Assembly: GCF_006345805.1 (NCBI RefSeq)
Contig: NW_021835605.1
Coordinates: 1 to 26,349, forward strand
Length of the DNA stretch: 26,349 nt
Direction of reading: 5' to 3'
Source of the DNA: Octopus sinensis
Lineage: Eukaryota
Position numbers and translations under genes: made by a program. The notes beneath the pieces are model-generated. The model was not told the origin of the DNA, did not search any database, and saw only the letters and a program-made list of their open reading frames with translations. Numbering within the stretch: position 1 is the stretch's first letter; every line of letters begins with the position of its first letter. Of the stretch, positions 10,052-20,324 are shown in pieces.

Positions 10052-10114
10052 GTGTGTGTATGTATGTATATATGTGTGTGTGCGTGCCTCTATGTGTATA
10101 TATATATATGTATG

Positions 10115-10164
<50 letters not shown>

Positions 10165-10247
10165 CATACATGCATACATACATATACATATATATATATA
10201 TACATAGAGGCACGCACACACACATATATACATACATACACACATAC

Positions 10248-10278
<31 letters not shown>

Positions 10279-10282
10279 TGTG
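9925..10282. repeat. (TACA)n/(TA)n/(TG)n compound microsatellite, largely palindromic
   Basis: Mirror-image arrays around a central TA run; the unique 12-mer gcgtgcctctat (10082-10093) is inverted at 10204-10215. Confidence 0.9.
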
Positions 10283-10289
10283 TGCATAT

Positions 10290-10432
10290 CTTTTGTTTTT
10301 CCTGAGTCAGTTATTAAACTGCAATCATGCTGGAGCAACAATTTGTAAAGATTTAACCCAAAATAAATTACTCCGGCAATTTTTCTTTAGCCTACGTCTT
10401 ATTCTATCGGATGTCTTTTGCCGAACCGCTAC
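10290..10432 (-). mobile_element. Degraded 3' part of CORE-type SINE
   Basis: catgctggagca..cttattctatcgg..tcttttgccgaaccgcta matches 11690-11800. Confidence 0.7.
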
Positions 10433-10759
10433 ATAATGGAGACAAACACAGATACAAAGAGAGAAAGAGAGACAAAGAGTGAGAGAATGAGGCAAATAAA
10501 CATGTGAAACTTCTTGGGATTGATATATAAAATAAATATCAATGGATAGATGTTAGCAGAGAGGAGCAAGATTGAGGATGTTTCCACTCTCTGCTTTGTC
10601 TTTATCTCCGTGTATCCATGGATTTCTGTTGCAGCCACTCTTCATGTCGGGGACTTGGTCGTCGGTAAAGCTTTCCGAGTCGAAGTTGAATCTGTTTGGT
10701 AGCTGCTAAGTGTTTTCTACATTGAGAATCTCTTGAGATCTGTTAAACCGCTCTCTTTC

Positions 10760-10766
10760 TCGCTCT

Positions 10767-10800
<34 letters not shown>

Positions 10801-10922
10801 ACGTCTGTATATATATATGTATATATTTGAGTGTGTGTGTGTATGTGTTTATATATGTATGTATATGTTTATAGTATATATTTATTGAATATTTATATAT
10901 ATATATATTACATATATATATA

Positions 10923-10967
<45 letters not shown>

Positions 10968-10995
10968 ATATATATATATATGTATCTATATATAA

Positions 10996-11028
<33 letters not shown>
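10760..11028. repeat. (CT)n/(TG)n/(TA)n microsatellites
   Basis: Simple repeats; the TA run abuts the retrozyme-like element. Confidence 0.93.
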
Positions 11029-11031
<3 letters not shown>

Positions 11032-11590
11032 CGAGAGGTCAATACCTCGAAACTCGAGTCCGTGTGTATCATCATAAGTTGAAGACGGGAAGGATGACTT
11101 CCCTTTGCAAATACTGACAGGACACAGATAGTGTTGTCTATGACCAGCTGGAGGAGTGTGTGTCCTCCTGGGCTAAAAACTACAGTAGCATCCACCCTTA
11201 GGGGTTAGCCATATTGAAATGGCAAAAATACGTCACGATGTGTTACCGCTACTGTATATAACTCACTTTAATATTTATCATTGTTTGATTTCACTTTTTC
11301 AATATCAGCGACAGTGGACGCTGGAAAAAGTATAAGTATTTGTGAAGGAAATCTAATTCTCGGCGACAACTATGATTGTCACACGCTGACGAGAGGTCAA
11401 TACCTCGAAACTCGAGTCCGTGTGTATCATAAGTTGAAGACGGGAAGGATGACTTCCCTTTGCAAATACTGACAGGACACAGATAGTGTTGTCTATGGCC
11501 AGCTGGAGGAGTGTGTCCTCCTGGGGCTAAAAACTACAGTAGCATCCACCCTTAGGGGTTAGCCATATTGAAATGGCAAAAATACGTCAC
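11029..11590 (+). mobile_element. Partial tandem (about 1.6-mer, 358-nt period) HHR element: candidate non-LTR retrozyme or PLE pLTR tandem
   Basis: Direct repeats 11029-11236 and 11387-11590 (near-identical) with a 150-bp intervening segment; (TA)n on both sides; no ORF; HHR at the start of each repeat. Confidence 0.85.
11371..11431 (+). ncRNA. Canonical extended type I hammerhead ribozyme
   Basis: Stem I TATGAT-[TGT]-CACACG / CGTGTG-[T]-ATCATA; CTGACGA 11386-11392; stem II GAGGT/ACCTC with loop CAAT; GAAA 11407-11410; palindromic stem III CTCGAG; GTC triplet ending 11418. All core nucleotides match consensus. Confidence 0.9.
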
Positions 11591-11621
<31 letters not shown>

Positions 11622-11664
11622 CTATATATCTATATATATATGTTTGTGCATTTCTTTCTTTCTT

Positions 11665-12056
11665 TTCTTATTCTCTTACTTGTTTCAGTCGTTTGACTGC
11701 GACCATGCTGGAGCACCGCCTTTAGTCGAGCAAATCGACCCCGGGGCTTATTCTTTGTAAGCCTAGTACTTATTCTATCAGTCTCTTTTGCCGAACCGCT
11801 AAGTGACGGGGACGTAAACACACCAGCATAGGTTGTCAAGCAATGCTAGAGGGACAAACACAGGCACATAAACATATACACATATGCATTACATATATAC
11901 GACAGGCTTCTTTCAGTTTCCGTCTACCAAATCCACTCACAAGGCATTGGTTGGCCTGAGGCTATAGCAGAAGACACTTGCCCAAGGTGCCACGCAGTGG
12001 GACTGAACCCGGAACCATGTGGTTGGTAAGCAAGCTACTTACCACACAGCCACCCC
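11665..12056 (-). mobile_element. Full-length tRNA-derived CORE-type SINE
   Basis: Minus strand: gtggctgtgtggtaagtagcttgc..ccgggttcagtcccactgcgtggcaccttgggcaagtgtcttc (B box plus MIR/CORE-like accttgggcaagt). Confidence 0.88.
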
Positions 12057-12066
12057 TAAGTCTATA

Positions 12067-12238
12067 TACATATATACGACAGGCTTCTTTCAGTTTCCGT
12101 CTACCAAATCCACTCACAAGGCATTGGTTGGCCTGAGGCTATAGCAGAAGACACTTGCCCAAGATGCCACGCAGTGGGACTGAACCCAGAACCATGTGGT
12201 TTGTTAGCAAGCTACTTACCACACAGCCACTCCTACGT
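12067..12238 (-). mobile_element. Tandem duplicate of the SINE 5' half
   Basis: Near-identical to about 11893-12056. Confidence 0.85.
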
Positions 12239-12631
12239 CTATGTATATATATATGCACACACATACATACACAGCTGCTCTACTGGTTGTCATCACCCTT
12301 AAGATGAAACTTTAATTTAACAGTTCAAGGGCAATAACTCTTGTAGAATAAGATGTATTACCTCCCTTAATGTAGTTAATTAAATTCTCTCGTTTGGGTC
12401 AAATTTTTCTTTCCGTCCTTCATTGACAATAAAACGAAGTGGCAAAGGTCGCTTCTTGCGTGTGTATGTTCGAGTGTAACTCAAACCGTTGATTCGCTTC
12501 CCCTTCTCTGACGCAGATAACCGTCTCTTTCGTGGGCCACAATATAAACATCCCGACAATTTGGCGAGTGTGTCCGTCTTTCAGTGGAATTGCTCAAACG
12601 GTGATCCGAAATCGATCCGCTTACCGTCGCC

Positions 12632-12820
12632 GTCGTTTGACTGCGGCCATGCTGGAGCACCGCCTTTAGTCGAGCAAATCGACTCCGGGACTTATTCTTT
12701 GTAAGCCTAGTACTTATTCTATCAGTCTCTTTTGCCGAACCGCTAGATGACACCAGCATAGGTTGTCAAGCAATGCTAGAGGGACAAACACAGGCACACA
12801 AACATATACACATATGCATT
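12632..12820 (-). mobile_element. Duplicate of the SINE 3' half
   Basis: Near-identical to about 11688-11890 apart from a short internal deletion; ends at the same catatgcatt. Confidence 0.85.
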
Positions 12821-12852
12821 CAGTCAGTCAGGCGGCCATCAGGCAGGCATTG

Positions 12853-13255
12853 GAGAGAGAGAGAGTGGGAGTGAGAGACGAAGAGAGAGAGGGAGAATGA
12901 GTAAGAGAGGGAGTGGGAGAAAGAGAGAAGGGGAGAGAGAGAAAGAGGAGAAAGAAAGAGATAGAGTGGGAGTGAGAGACAAAGAGAGATGGAGAATGAG
13001 TAAGAGAGAGAGTGGGAGAAATAGAGAAGGGAGAGAGAGGGAGGCAGATAGGGACAGAGAGAGAAAGAGGAGAAAGAGAGAGAGACAGAGAGAGAAAGAG
13101 TGATAGAGTGGGAGTGAGAGAGAGAGAGAGAGAAACAGGCAGGAAGAGAGAGACGGGTGACACAACGGTGCCAGAGACACACAGACAGACAGAGATATAT
13201 ACAGTGAGAGAGAGAAAATAGAGTGACAGAGACAGGTAGGAGAGAGAGAGAGTCT
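12853..13255. repeat. GA-rich degenerate minisatellite
   Basis: Recurring agtgggagtgagagac..ggagaatgagtaagagag units. Confidence 0.85.
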
Positions 13256-13289
13256 TTTTTCATCGTATGAGAATAGCAAGTCAGAGGCA

Positions 13290-13620
13290 GGTATTAGTTC
13301 TTCCGTCGTTGTCGACGATGACCAAATACATTACATGGGAGAAGGAGATGGGTAACGGTGTGTCCGGCAGTTGTCGTCCAGTCCGATACGTGCTGGGAAG
13401 TCTTTGCCACAGGTCGGGCAATGGTTGTCTGCTGGGTCTGAAGGCAAGAAGCCGACTCTGGACCCGCATAATTGAAGCTTTCGTTGCCCTTGTAATCATT
13501 TTCTAGGTTGCAAGGTATATCTGGGTCAATTAGTACTTCTGTCAAGGGCAGATGCAGTGACCTTTGGAGTAGTCCGTCCGCTTTGGTCCTCCTGTGACAC
13601 CCACCTCTCACCTGTGGTTC
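13290..13620 (-). mobile_element. Degraded 3' fragment of an RTE-clade LINE
   Basis: Manual minus-strand translation ..ALDRST*..HCPTCGKDFPARIGLDDNCRTH resembles the RTE C-terminal AxDRxxW and CxxCxRxFxARIGLxSHxRTH motifs; contains stops. Confidence 0.6.
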
Positions 13621-13971
13621 ATTAATGCTATCTGCATGCAACAGTATCCACACCCAGGCTCACGGCTTCCACAGGCTGGCTAAACCTTGGTAAGGGTAGC
13701 ACACGGCCTTTAACCATTGGTGGACTAGGGCTTGTCTATCTAAGGATGTGAACCGGTTGAGTGTGCTGAGGAAACCACTAGACAGGCTCAACGGACCAGC
13801 AAGCTTTGTGAACTGCAACCTGTCTGTAGTTTTCTTGACTTTATCCTTCCACTGGAATCACAGAGGAAGGGACGAGAGAGTGAGCCAGATGCTATTGTGC
13901 AACCTTCCCTCACTTTAATCCATGTAACGCTCAATTCAAGATATCACACCATCCCAGGGTCAGGTAAAATA

Positions 13972-14209
13972 TTGGGCTGGTGCATAATTATTGCGGCTTC
14001 TTTTCAACAAATACTATTCAACAAAAACAATAAAAATATTTATCAAAAACATCTTTACATGATCGTCTATCAAGCGAATGGGAAGCAGTTATTGAAGTAG
14101 ATGGTGAATATGCTCCGGAATAATCATTTAAAGATGTTTTGTTACATGTTATTGTTTTTGTTGAATAAAATTTGTTGAAAAAAGCCGCAATAATTATGCA
14201 CCAATCCAA
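13972..14209. mobile_element. mariner/Tc1-derived MITE
   Basis: TA on both sides (13970-71, 14210-11); mariner-like TIR ttgg(g/a)(c/t)tggtgcataattattgcggct within about 90-bp arms. The centre encodes LHDRLSSEWEAVIEVDGEYAPE*, like a mariner transposase C-terminus. Confidence 0.85.
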
Positions 14210-14429
14210 TATATGGACACACACACACACAAGTCGGTCGACAATGGCAAAGAGACGGACGGAACAACGGTTCGCCTATTGATGAGAGAATCGGATGTGA
14301 GGACATCTGGATGGAACACCGCTTCAGAGAGCATCGTGCGGTGTGTGGAGGGAGAGAAAGGGGCGGAGCGACGGCGAGTGATGCCTATTATTAAAAAGAG
14401 TGAGAATAATATAAAATAGTGTTTATAAC

Positions 14430-14590
14430 ACATTATCGATAAATATCGAACATTGATCAATGGAATTAGTACAGATTGCGACTCCACGTCACTGATTCGT
14501 TTTTTATTTCGCTTTTTCACATTTCCAATTCTTTACTTTTCCTTTCACTCTGCCTGCAATCGTCACACAGGTTGCATGGTCGCTGGAGTG
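14430..14590 (+). repeat. Dispersed unclassified repeat homologous to 19535-19680 and (inverted) 23100-23200
   Basis: Shared tatc(g/a)ataaatatcgaaca..attcgtttt..tttcgcttttt..cctgcaatcgtcacaca. Confidence 0.7.
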
Positions 14591-15039
14591 AAGTGGCTTA
14601 GAGGTTAGGGGTATTCGGCTTAGATTTGGGGTGATATATTAATATATGCTGAGGTGGGAGAGAGAGGATTTTCTAAGTACCCTTAATTTTTATATGAGTG
14701 ACAACACAAAACTTTTATATACCTGGCTGTTATTTCTAGCATCACGTAGGACCACCAATTGTGTATTATTCCTCCGGATGCTTCTTAAGGTCTACTTCAA
14801 TCTTTCATGAAAAACAATGCAGAATATAATGTATTGAACTGTTATTTCTACCATCTTACCCGACAACCTGTAGGACAATATGTTTGATAGACGCTTCGTC
14901 AAGCGTCCTGCTTTTATAAAATAAAAACTTTAGAAATTTCAAGGTGTTTGGTTGCTGTTTCACGAATGATGCGAGACAATAGAGAGGTGAGATTCTTTTA
15001 TAAAAGTCGAAATGGTTTTGGGAGGGAAACAATGAGATT

Positions 15040-18000
15040 AAGGGAAAGAAAGAGAGTGAGAGAGAGAGAGAGTAAAAGGAAGGAAAGAATGAAAGAGAGT
15101 GAGAGAGAGAGAGAGAGAGAAAGGAAGAAAGAAAAAAGAAAAAAAGAAGGAATGAAAGAAAAGAGAAAGGAAGGAATAAAGTAACGTGATTCTGTAATAA
15201 TGCATGAAATCAGAGCGGAAGTAAGAAAGAAAGAAAGAAAGAAAGGAAGAAAGGAAGGAAGGCTGGGGGAAGAAGGAAGGAAGGAAGGAAGGAAGGAAGG
15301 AAGGAAAGAAGGAAATAAGGAATGAAGGAAATAAGGAAGTAAAAGAAGGAAGGAAAGAATGGCAGTAAGGAAAGAAAGAAAGAGAGACAGAAACAAAGAA
15401 AGAAAGAAAGAAAGAAAGTAAAAAGGAAAGAAAGAGAGACAGAAACAAAGAAAGGGAGAAAGAAAGGAAGAAAGGGAGAAAGTAAGAAAGAAAGGGAAAC
15501 AGAAAAGAAAGAAGGTTAGAAGGAAAAAGAGGGAAAGATAGAAAGAATGAAAGAAAAAAAGAAAAAAGAAAGAAAGAAGGAAAAAAGAAGGAAAGAAAGT
15601 GAGAAGGATAAGAGCAGGGTGAGAGCGAGAGAGAGAAAAAGGAGACAAGGAAAGGAAACGAAGCAACGACAGAAAAAAGAAAGGAAGAAAAATGAAAGAC
15701 GGATTGAAGAAGGAAAGATGAGAGGGAAGAAAGAAAAAAAGAATGAAGGTAAGAAGAAGGAAATGAAAAACAGAAAGTAAAGAAAGAAATAAGGAAAATA
15801 AAGGAAGGAAGGAAAGAAAGAAGAAAGAATGAAGGGTAAGAAGAAGGAAATGAAAAAGAGAAAGTAAAGAAAGAAATAAGGAAAATAAAGGAAGGAAGGA
15901 AAGAAAGAAAGAAAGAATGAAGGGTAAGAAGAAGGAAATGAAAAAGAGAAAGTAAAGAAAGAAATAAGGAAAATAAAGGAAGGAAGGAAGAAAGAATGAG
16001 AGAAATGAAGGAAGAAAGAAAGAAAGAAAGGAAAGAAAGAAAGGAAAAGGAAAAAAGAAATGAAGGAAGAAAGAAAGAAATGAGGGAAATGAAGGAAGAA
16101 AGAAAGACACAAACAAACAAATAAAGAAGAATGAAAGAAAGAAAGAAAGAAAGAAAGAAAGAAAAAAGAAAGAATGGAAAAGGAAAGAAAAAAAGAAAGG
16201 AGGAAAGAAAGGAAAATGAAAGAAAGAAAGAAAAGAGAAAGTAAGTAAAGGGAAACAAAAAGAAAGAAAGAAAGAATGAGAGAGAGAAAGAGAGGAAGGC
16301 GACGTAATTCTGTAAAAATGATGAGAAGAAAGAGAGAGAAGGAGGGAGAGAAGGGGAGGAAGGAGGAGGGATTAGAGAAATAAATGTTAAGAAGAGAGGA
16401 GGAGTATGAGATGAGAGAGAAAGAGTAAAAGGCGAGCATTAATATATAATAAGGTAATAGAGAGAGGGAGAGGAGAGAGGGAGAAAGAGAGAGACAGACA
16501 AACAGAGACACGGAGACAGAGAGAGAGACATGAGAAGCGAGAGGGAGAAGAGAGAGAGACTGAAATAGAGAATCGAGAGAGCAAAGAGAGAGAAAGACAG
16601 ACATAGAGAAGAGATGTAGATTGAAAGGAGGAGAAAGGTAGGTGAATAACTGATGTAAGAGAATGAGAGAATATTATATAAGGAGGTGGAGGAGAGAGAT
16701 AAGGATACATATTTTTAGAAAGAGGGAGAGTGTGACGTGGGGCGGAGCGCAAAAGAGGTAGAGGGAGAGTATGACATATGAGGTGGTAAAGCGGGAGGGG
16801 GAGAGACAAAAAGTGAGGGAGGGGGAAGGAGTCAGAGATGATGTATGAGATATATGCTTTGTGAGGGAGGGAGAGTAAGAGTTGAGAGAAAACGAGGGAT
16901 GAGGGAGGGGGGGTTAAGCAATAACATAAATAAGTGAAAGAGGGGGAGGGAGAGGAGTAGAGAAGGAGAGGGTATGATGTGTGTGATAAGAGAGGGAGTC
17001 TATCTTGTATTAGAGAAAAGAAGAGGGGAAGGATGAGATATTAATACAGAATGAGGAAGGAGAGAGAAGAGTTTCGAAGTGTCCTTCATTTTCATATGAA
17101 ACACTAAACCAAACTTTAACATACTTGGCTGTTATTTCTAGCATCACATTTGATCCCCAATTGGACTATATTTCCTTAGAAGCTCCTTAAAGTGACCTTC
17201 ATGATAACAATGTAAAGTATAGCGTAATGGGCTGTTATTTCTAGCAAGATACCACACCACCAATACGTTTTATAGACGCTTCTTCACTTGGTTTCTCATC
17301 CGATGAAGAAGTCTGACCAGATCCGGGAAAAAGTTTTATAAATGCTTCTTAAATTGTCTTTCAATTTCGTATGAAAAACAAAGCAACTTTGAGTGTAGTG
17401 GGCTGTTATTTCTAGCATGATGTCAAACCAGGTGTAGGAGGATTCTTTGAATAAATGCTTCTTAAATTGTCCGTCAATGTCTCGGCTATTTAATTTGCTC
17501 AATTAAGAACTACACAGTAATTATGTAATTGATGGTTAGTTAAATAATTAGCTTCTGGTAAAATAATTAGCGAGAGAGAAATTTAAAGGTAAATCTGAAA
17601 ATATAATTTATTTGTAAGAAAGTAAGGTTTCTTAGGGATAAAAGGAGAGGAAGAGGGAGAGGGTAAGATATAAGGAGGTGGGAGAGATAGAGAGAGAAAG
17701 AAAGGAAGAAAGAGTGAGAGAGAGAAAGCCCAGGGAAGGGGAGGAATATATTAATGTATGAGGAAGCAGAGAAAGAATGAGGGTGGGAGAGAGAGAGACA
17801 GAATGCGTGAGAGAGAGAGAGAGTGAGAAAGAAAGGAAGAAAGAGTGAGAGAGAGAAAGCCTAGGGAAGGGGAGGGATATATTAATGTATGAGGAAGGAG
17901 AGAAAGAATGAGAGTGGGAGAGAGAGAGAGAGACAGAATGCGTGAGAGAGAGAGAGAGAGAGAAAGAAAGGAAGAAAGAGTGAGAGAGAGAAACCCTAGG

Positions 18001-18720
18001 GAAGGGGAGGGGTATATTAATGCATGAGGAATCAGAGAGTGGGAGTGAGAGGGGGAGAGAGAGAGAGAGAGACAGAATGCGTGTGAGAGAGAGAGAGAGA
18101 GAGAAAGGAAGAAAGAGTGAGAGAGAGAAAGCCTAGGGAAGGGGAGGGATATATTAATGTATGATGAAGCAGAGAAAGAATGAGAGTGGGAGAGGAGAGA
18201 GAGAGAGAGAGACAGAATGCGTGAGAGAGAGAGGGGAAGAGAAGAAGAGAGAAAGAAAGGAAAGAGAGAAAACCTAAGGAAGGGGAGGGATATATATTTA
18301 TATATGAGGTAGCAGAGAGAGTGTGTGAGTGAGTGCGTGAGAGAGAGATAGAGAGAGAGAGAGAGGGGGAATTGATATATATACGTTTAGGAAGTGAGGG
18401 AGAGGATGAGGTGAACGATATAGTAAGGCAGGCGGGGTGGTTAAACATGAATATATAATGAGGTGCAGAGAGAAAGGAGAGAAAGAGGGAGAAGTGGGAG
18501 GATATGTTTTGAGGGAGGGAGAAAGAAAATGCTATTTGTGTTTAATAAGAAAGAGAGAAGGGGAGGGGGGAAGCATTGTGTAATTTATGATGAGGTGAGA
18601 GGCGGAGGAGAAGAGAAAGAGAGAGAGAGAGAGACATAGAAAGAGGGAGAGAGCGCGAGAGAATAATGAATGTATTTACCAATAGAGGAAGAGTATGAGT
18701 TAATAAAGGAAGCAAAAATG
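15040..18720 (+). repeat. Polypurine (GAAA/GGAA/GA) domain containing about 80-bp and about 125-145-bp minisatellites
   Basis: About 3 units of gaatgaagggtaagaagaaggaaatg.. at 15740-15990, and 5 units starting gaaa(g/a)cc(c)t/cagggaagggg at about 17722, 17845, 17988, 18126 and 18270. Interrupted by unique DNA at about 17070-17640. Confidence 0.9.
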
Positions 18721-18900
18721 GGCGGAGTCACGTATACGATGTAGTGGGAGGAGTCAACGTTGAAACGGTAAGAATAATAACTCTTATTAGATCCCTTTTA
18801 CTTTAAATTCTATTGTTTTCTTTTATGCGAAATAAAATCTGTTTTTCTGCGCAGTTTGTGAAGATTTCCAAATATGATTTCATGCAAATAATAGATCGAA

Positions 18901-19532
18901 GTGTTAGACATACAGCATCTCGAAAGAGTCCAGAAGCTGGCTACCCGCATGGTTCATGGTCTCAAAAATTTGTCCTATGAAGAAAGGCTGAGGACGCTCG
19001 ACCTTTATTCTCTTGAAAAACGCCGCCGCCGTGGTGATCTCATCTCGCCACAACATCATAAGCGGAAAGTGTACCTCTCGAAAGAGCTGTTCTTCACTCC
19101 TGCTCCAGACGTCGGCTGCGGGGGTCATCCAAAGCTCTACCTGCGACGATTTCATCTCAATCGAAGGAGAGGAGCTGTGGTGATCTCATTCTCGCCCACA
19201 ACATCATAAGCGGAAAGTGTAACCTCTCGAAAGAGCTGTTCTTCACTCCTGCTCCAGAGCGTCGGCTGCGAGGTCATTCCGAAAAGCTCTACCTGCGACG
19301 ATTTCATCTCAATCGAAGGAGAGGAGCTTTCTCCGTCCGGGTTGCGGATCCGTGGAACAAGCTTTCAGACGAGATGGTGAAGATGCCGACGACCGATTTG
19401 TTCAAAGCCTCCCTGGACCTCAAGTGGCCTGAACTCTTTACATGAACACCACCCTGTACTTAACTCCATGTCCCCCTACATGGCCTTGCTATTTGCTTTC
19501 GAGCCAAATTAACTAACTAACTAACTAACTAA
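18901..19532 (+). mobile_element. 5'-truncated CR1-clade LINE 3' end with (AACT)n tail
   Basis: DIQHLERVQKLATRMVHGLKNLSYEERLRTLDLYSLEKRRRRGDLI..RGHSEKL..RRGAFSVRVADPWNKL..LFKASLD (CR1 ORF2 C-terminus); stop at 19443-19445; (AACT)n at 19511-19532. Confidence 0.92.
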
Positions 19533-20324
19533 TATATTATCAATAAATATCGAACACTTCTCCTCATGACTAATTCGTTTTTCGTTTGACATCTAAAAAT
19601 TTCGCTTTTTTTAATATTACGATTCTTACCCCTTAGCTTCGCTCCTCCCTGCAATCGTCACACAGCCTCGATTGTGGTTGCACATGCTAGAAGCAACAGC
19701 CAAACCTCACATGATAAAATATGAAACGTTTTTATCATTTGTTTTCTTAATTTCTTGAAAATAAATTTATTTTCTATTTTCTGATTGGCGTTTGGTCAGA
19801 AAGCTCGAAAGATAAGCCAGTGCCTGAGCAATACAAAGAGGGGAGAGCAAGAATATGCAAGGCTAGTACAGTTTAGTGCAGCCGTGCACCGGTTGTCGTC
19901 CTATTTTAAGCTGCAAAAATGTGAGAGTCAAATACGAGAGGAAAGGGATCAGACCGGAAGGGATGTGAATGGAACAGGAAAGAAGTGAATGCCATGGAAT
20001 AGAAAAAAAGTGAACTAAATCCTAAAATTTGCGAATATATTTAGGTAATAGGGAAAAAAAGTATGTTTAATTTAAAATGTAATTTCCATTTTTAAAAGAA
20101 AGAACATTCTCGAATACATGTTTCTTATAGTTGAACGTCCGCGTGTATTTATGGAGAGAAGAGGTCGGTTTGTTCCTGCTGTGGGCGAGAGTTTGTTTAT
20201 TTTAATTTGGCTGACATCCATCTCGATAATGTGTTGCTTTCAGTAGCCTAGGGTCGAAAGCACGAATCCCGATAAAACCGCTGACAAAATAAAATAAAAT
20301 CGATTTTCTGTCCCAACTGAAATG

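Noticed and set aside
12489-12704. ORF containing SVFQWNC, reminiscent of a LINE apurinic endonuclease N-terminus
   Set aside because: Only one short motif matches, and the ORF's end runs into a SINE.
14213-14419. GC-richer 68-aa ORF and nearby GGGCGG boxes (also at about 16740 and 18720) as a gene or promoter
   Set aside because: No recognisable domain, splice context or supporting promoter elements.
12820-16809. Long S/L/F-rich minus-strand ORFs (up to 406 aa) and K/E/R-rich plus-strand ORFs
   Set aside because: They are stop-free only because the sequence is a polypurine/polypyrimidine low-complexity tract.
17700-18320. Regularly spaced repeats as a CRISPR-like array
   Set aside because: The context is eukaryotic, the spacers are themselves repetitive GA tracts, and there are no cas genes; it is a minisatellite.
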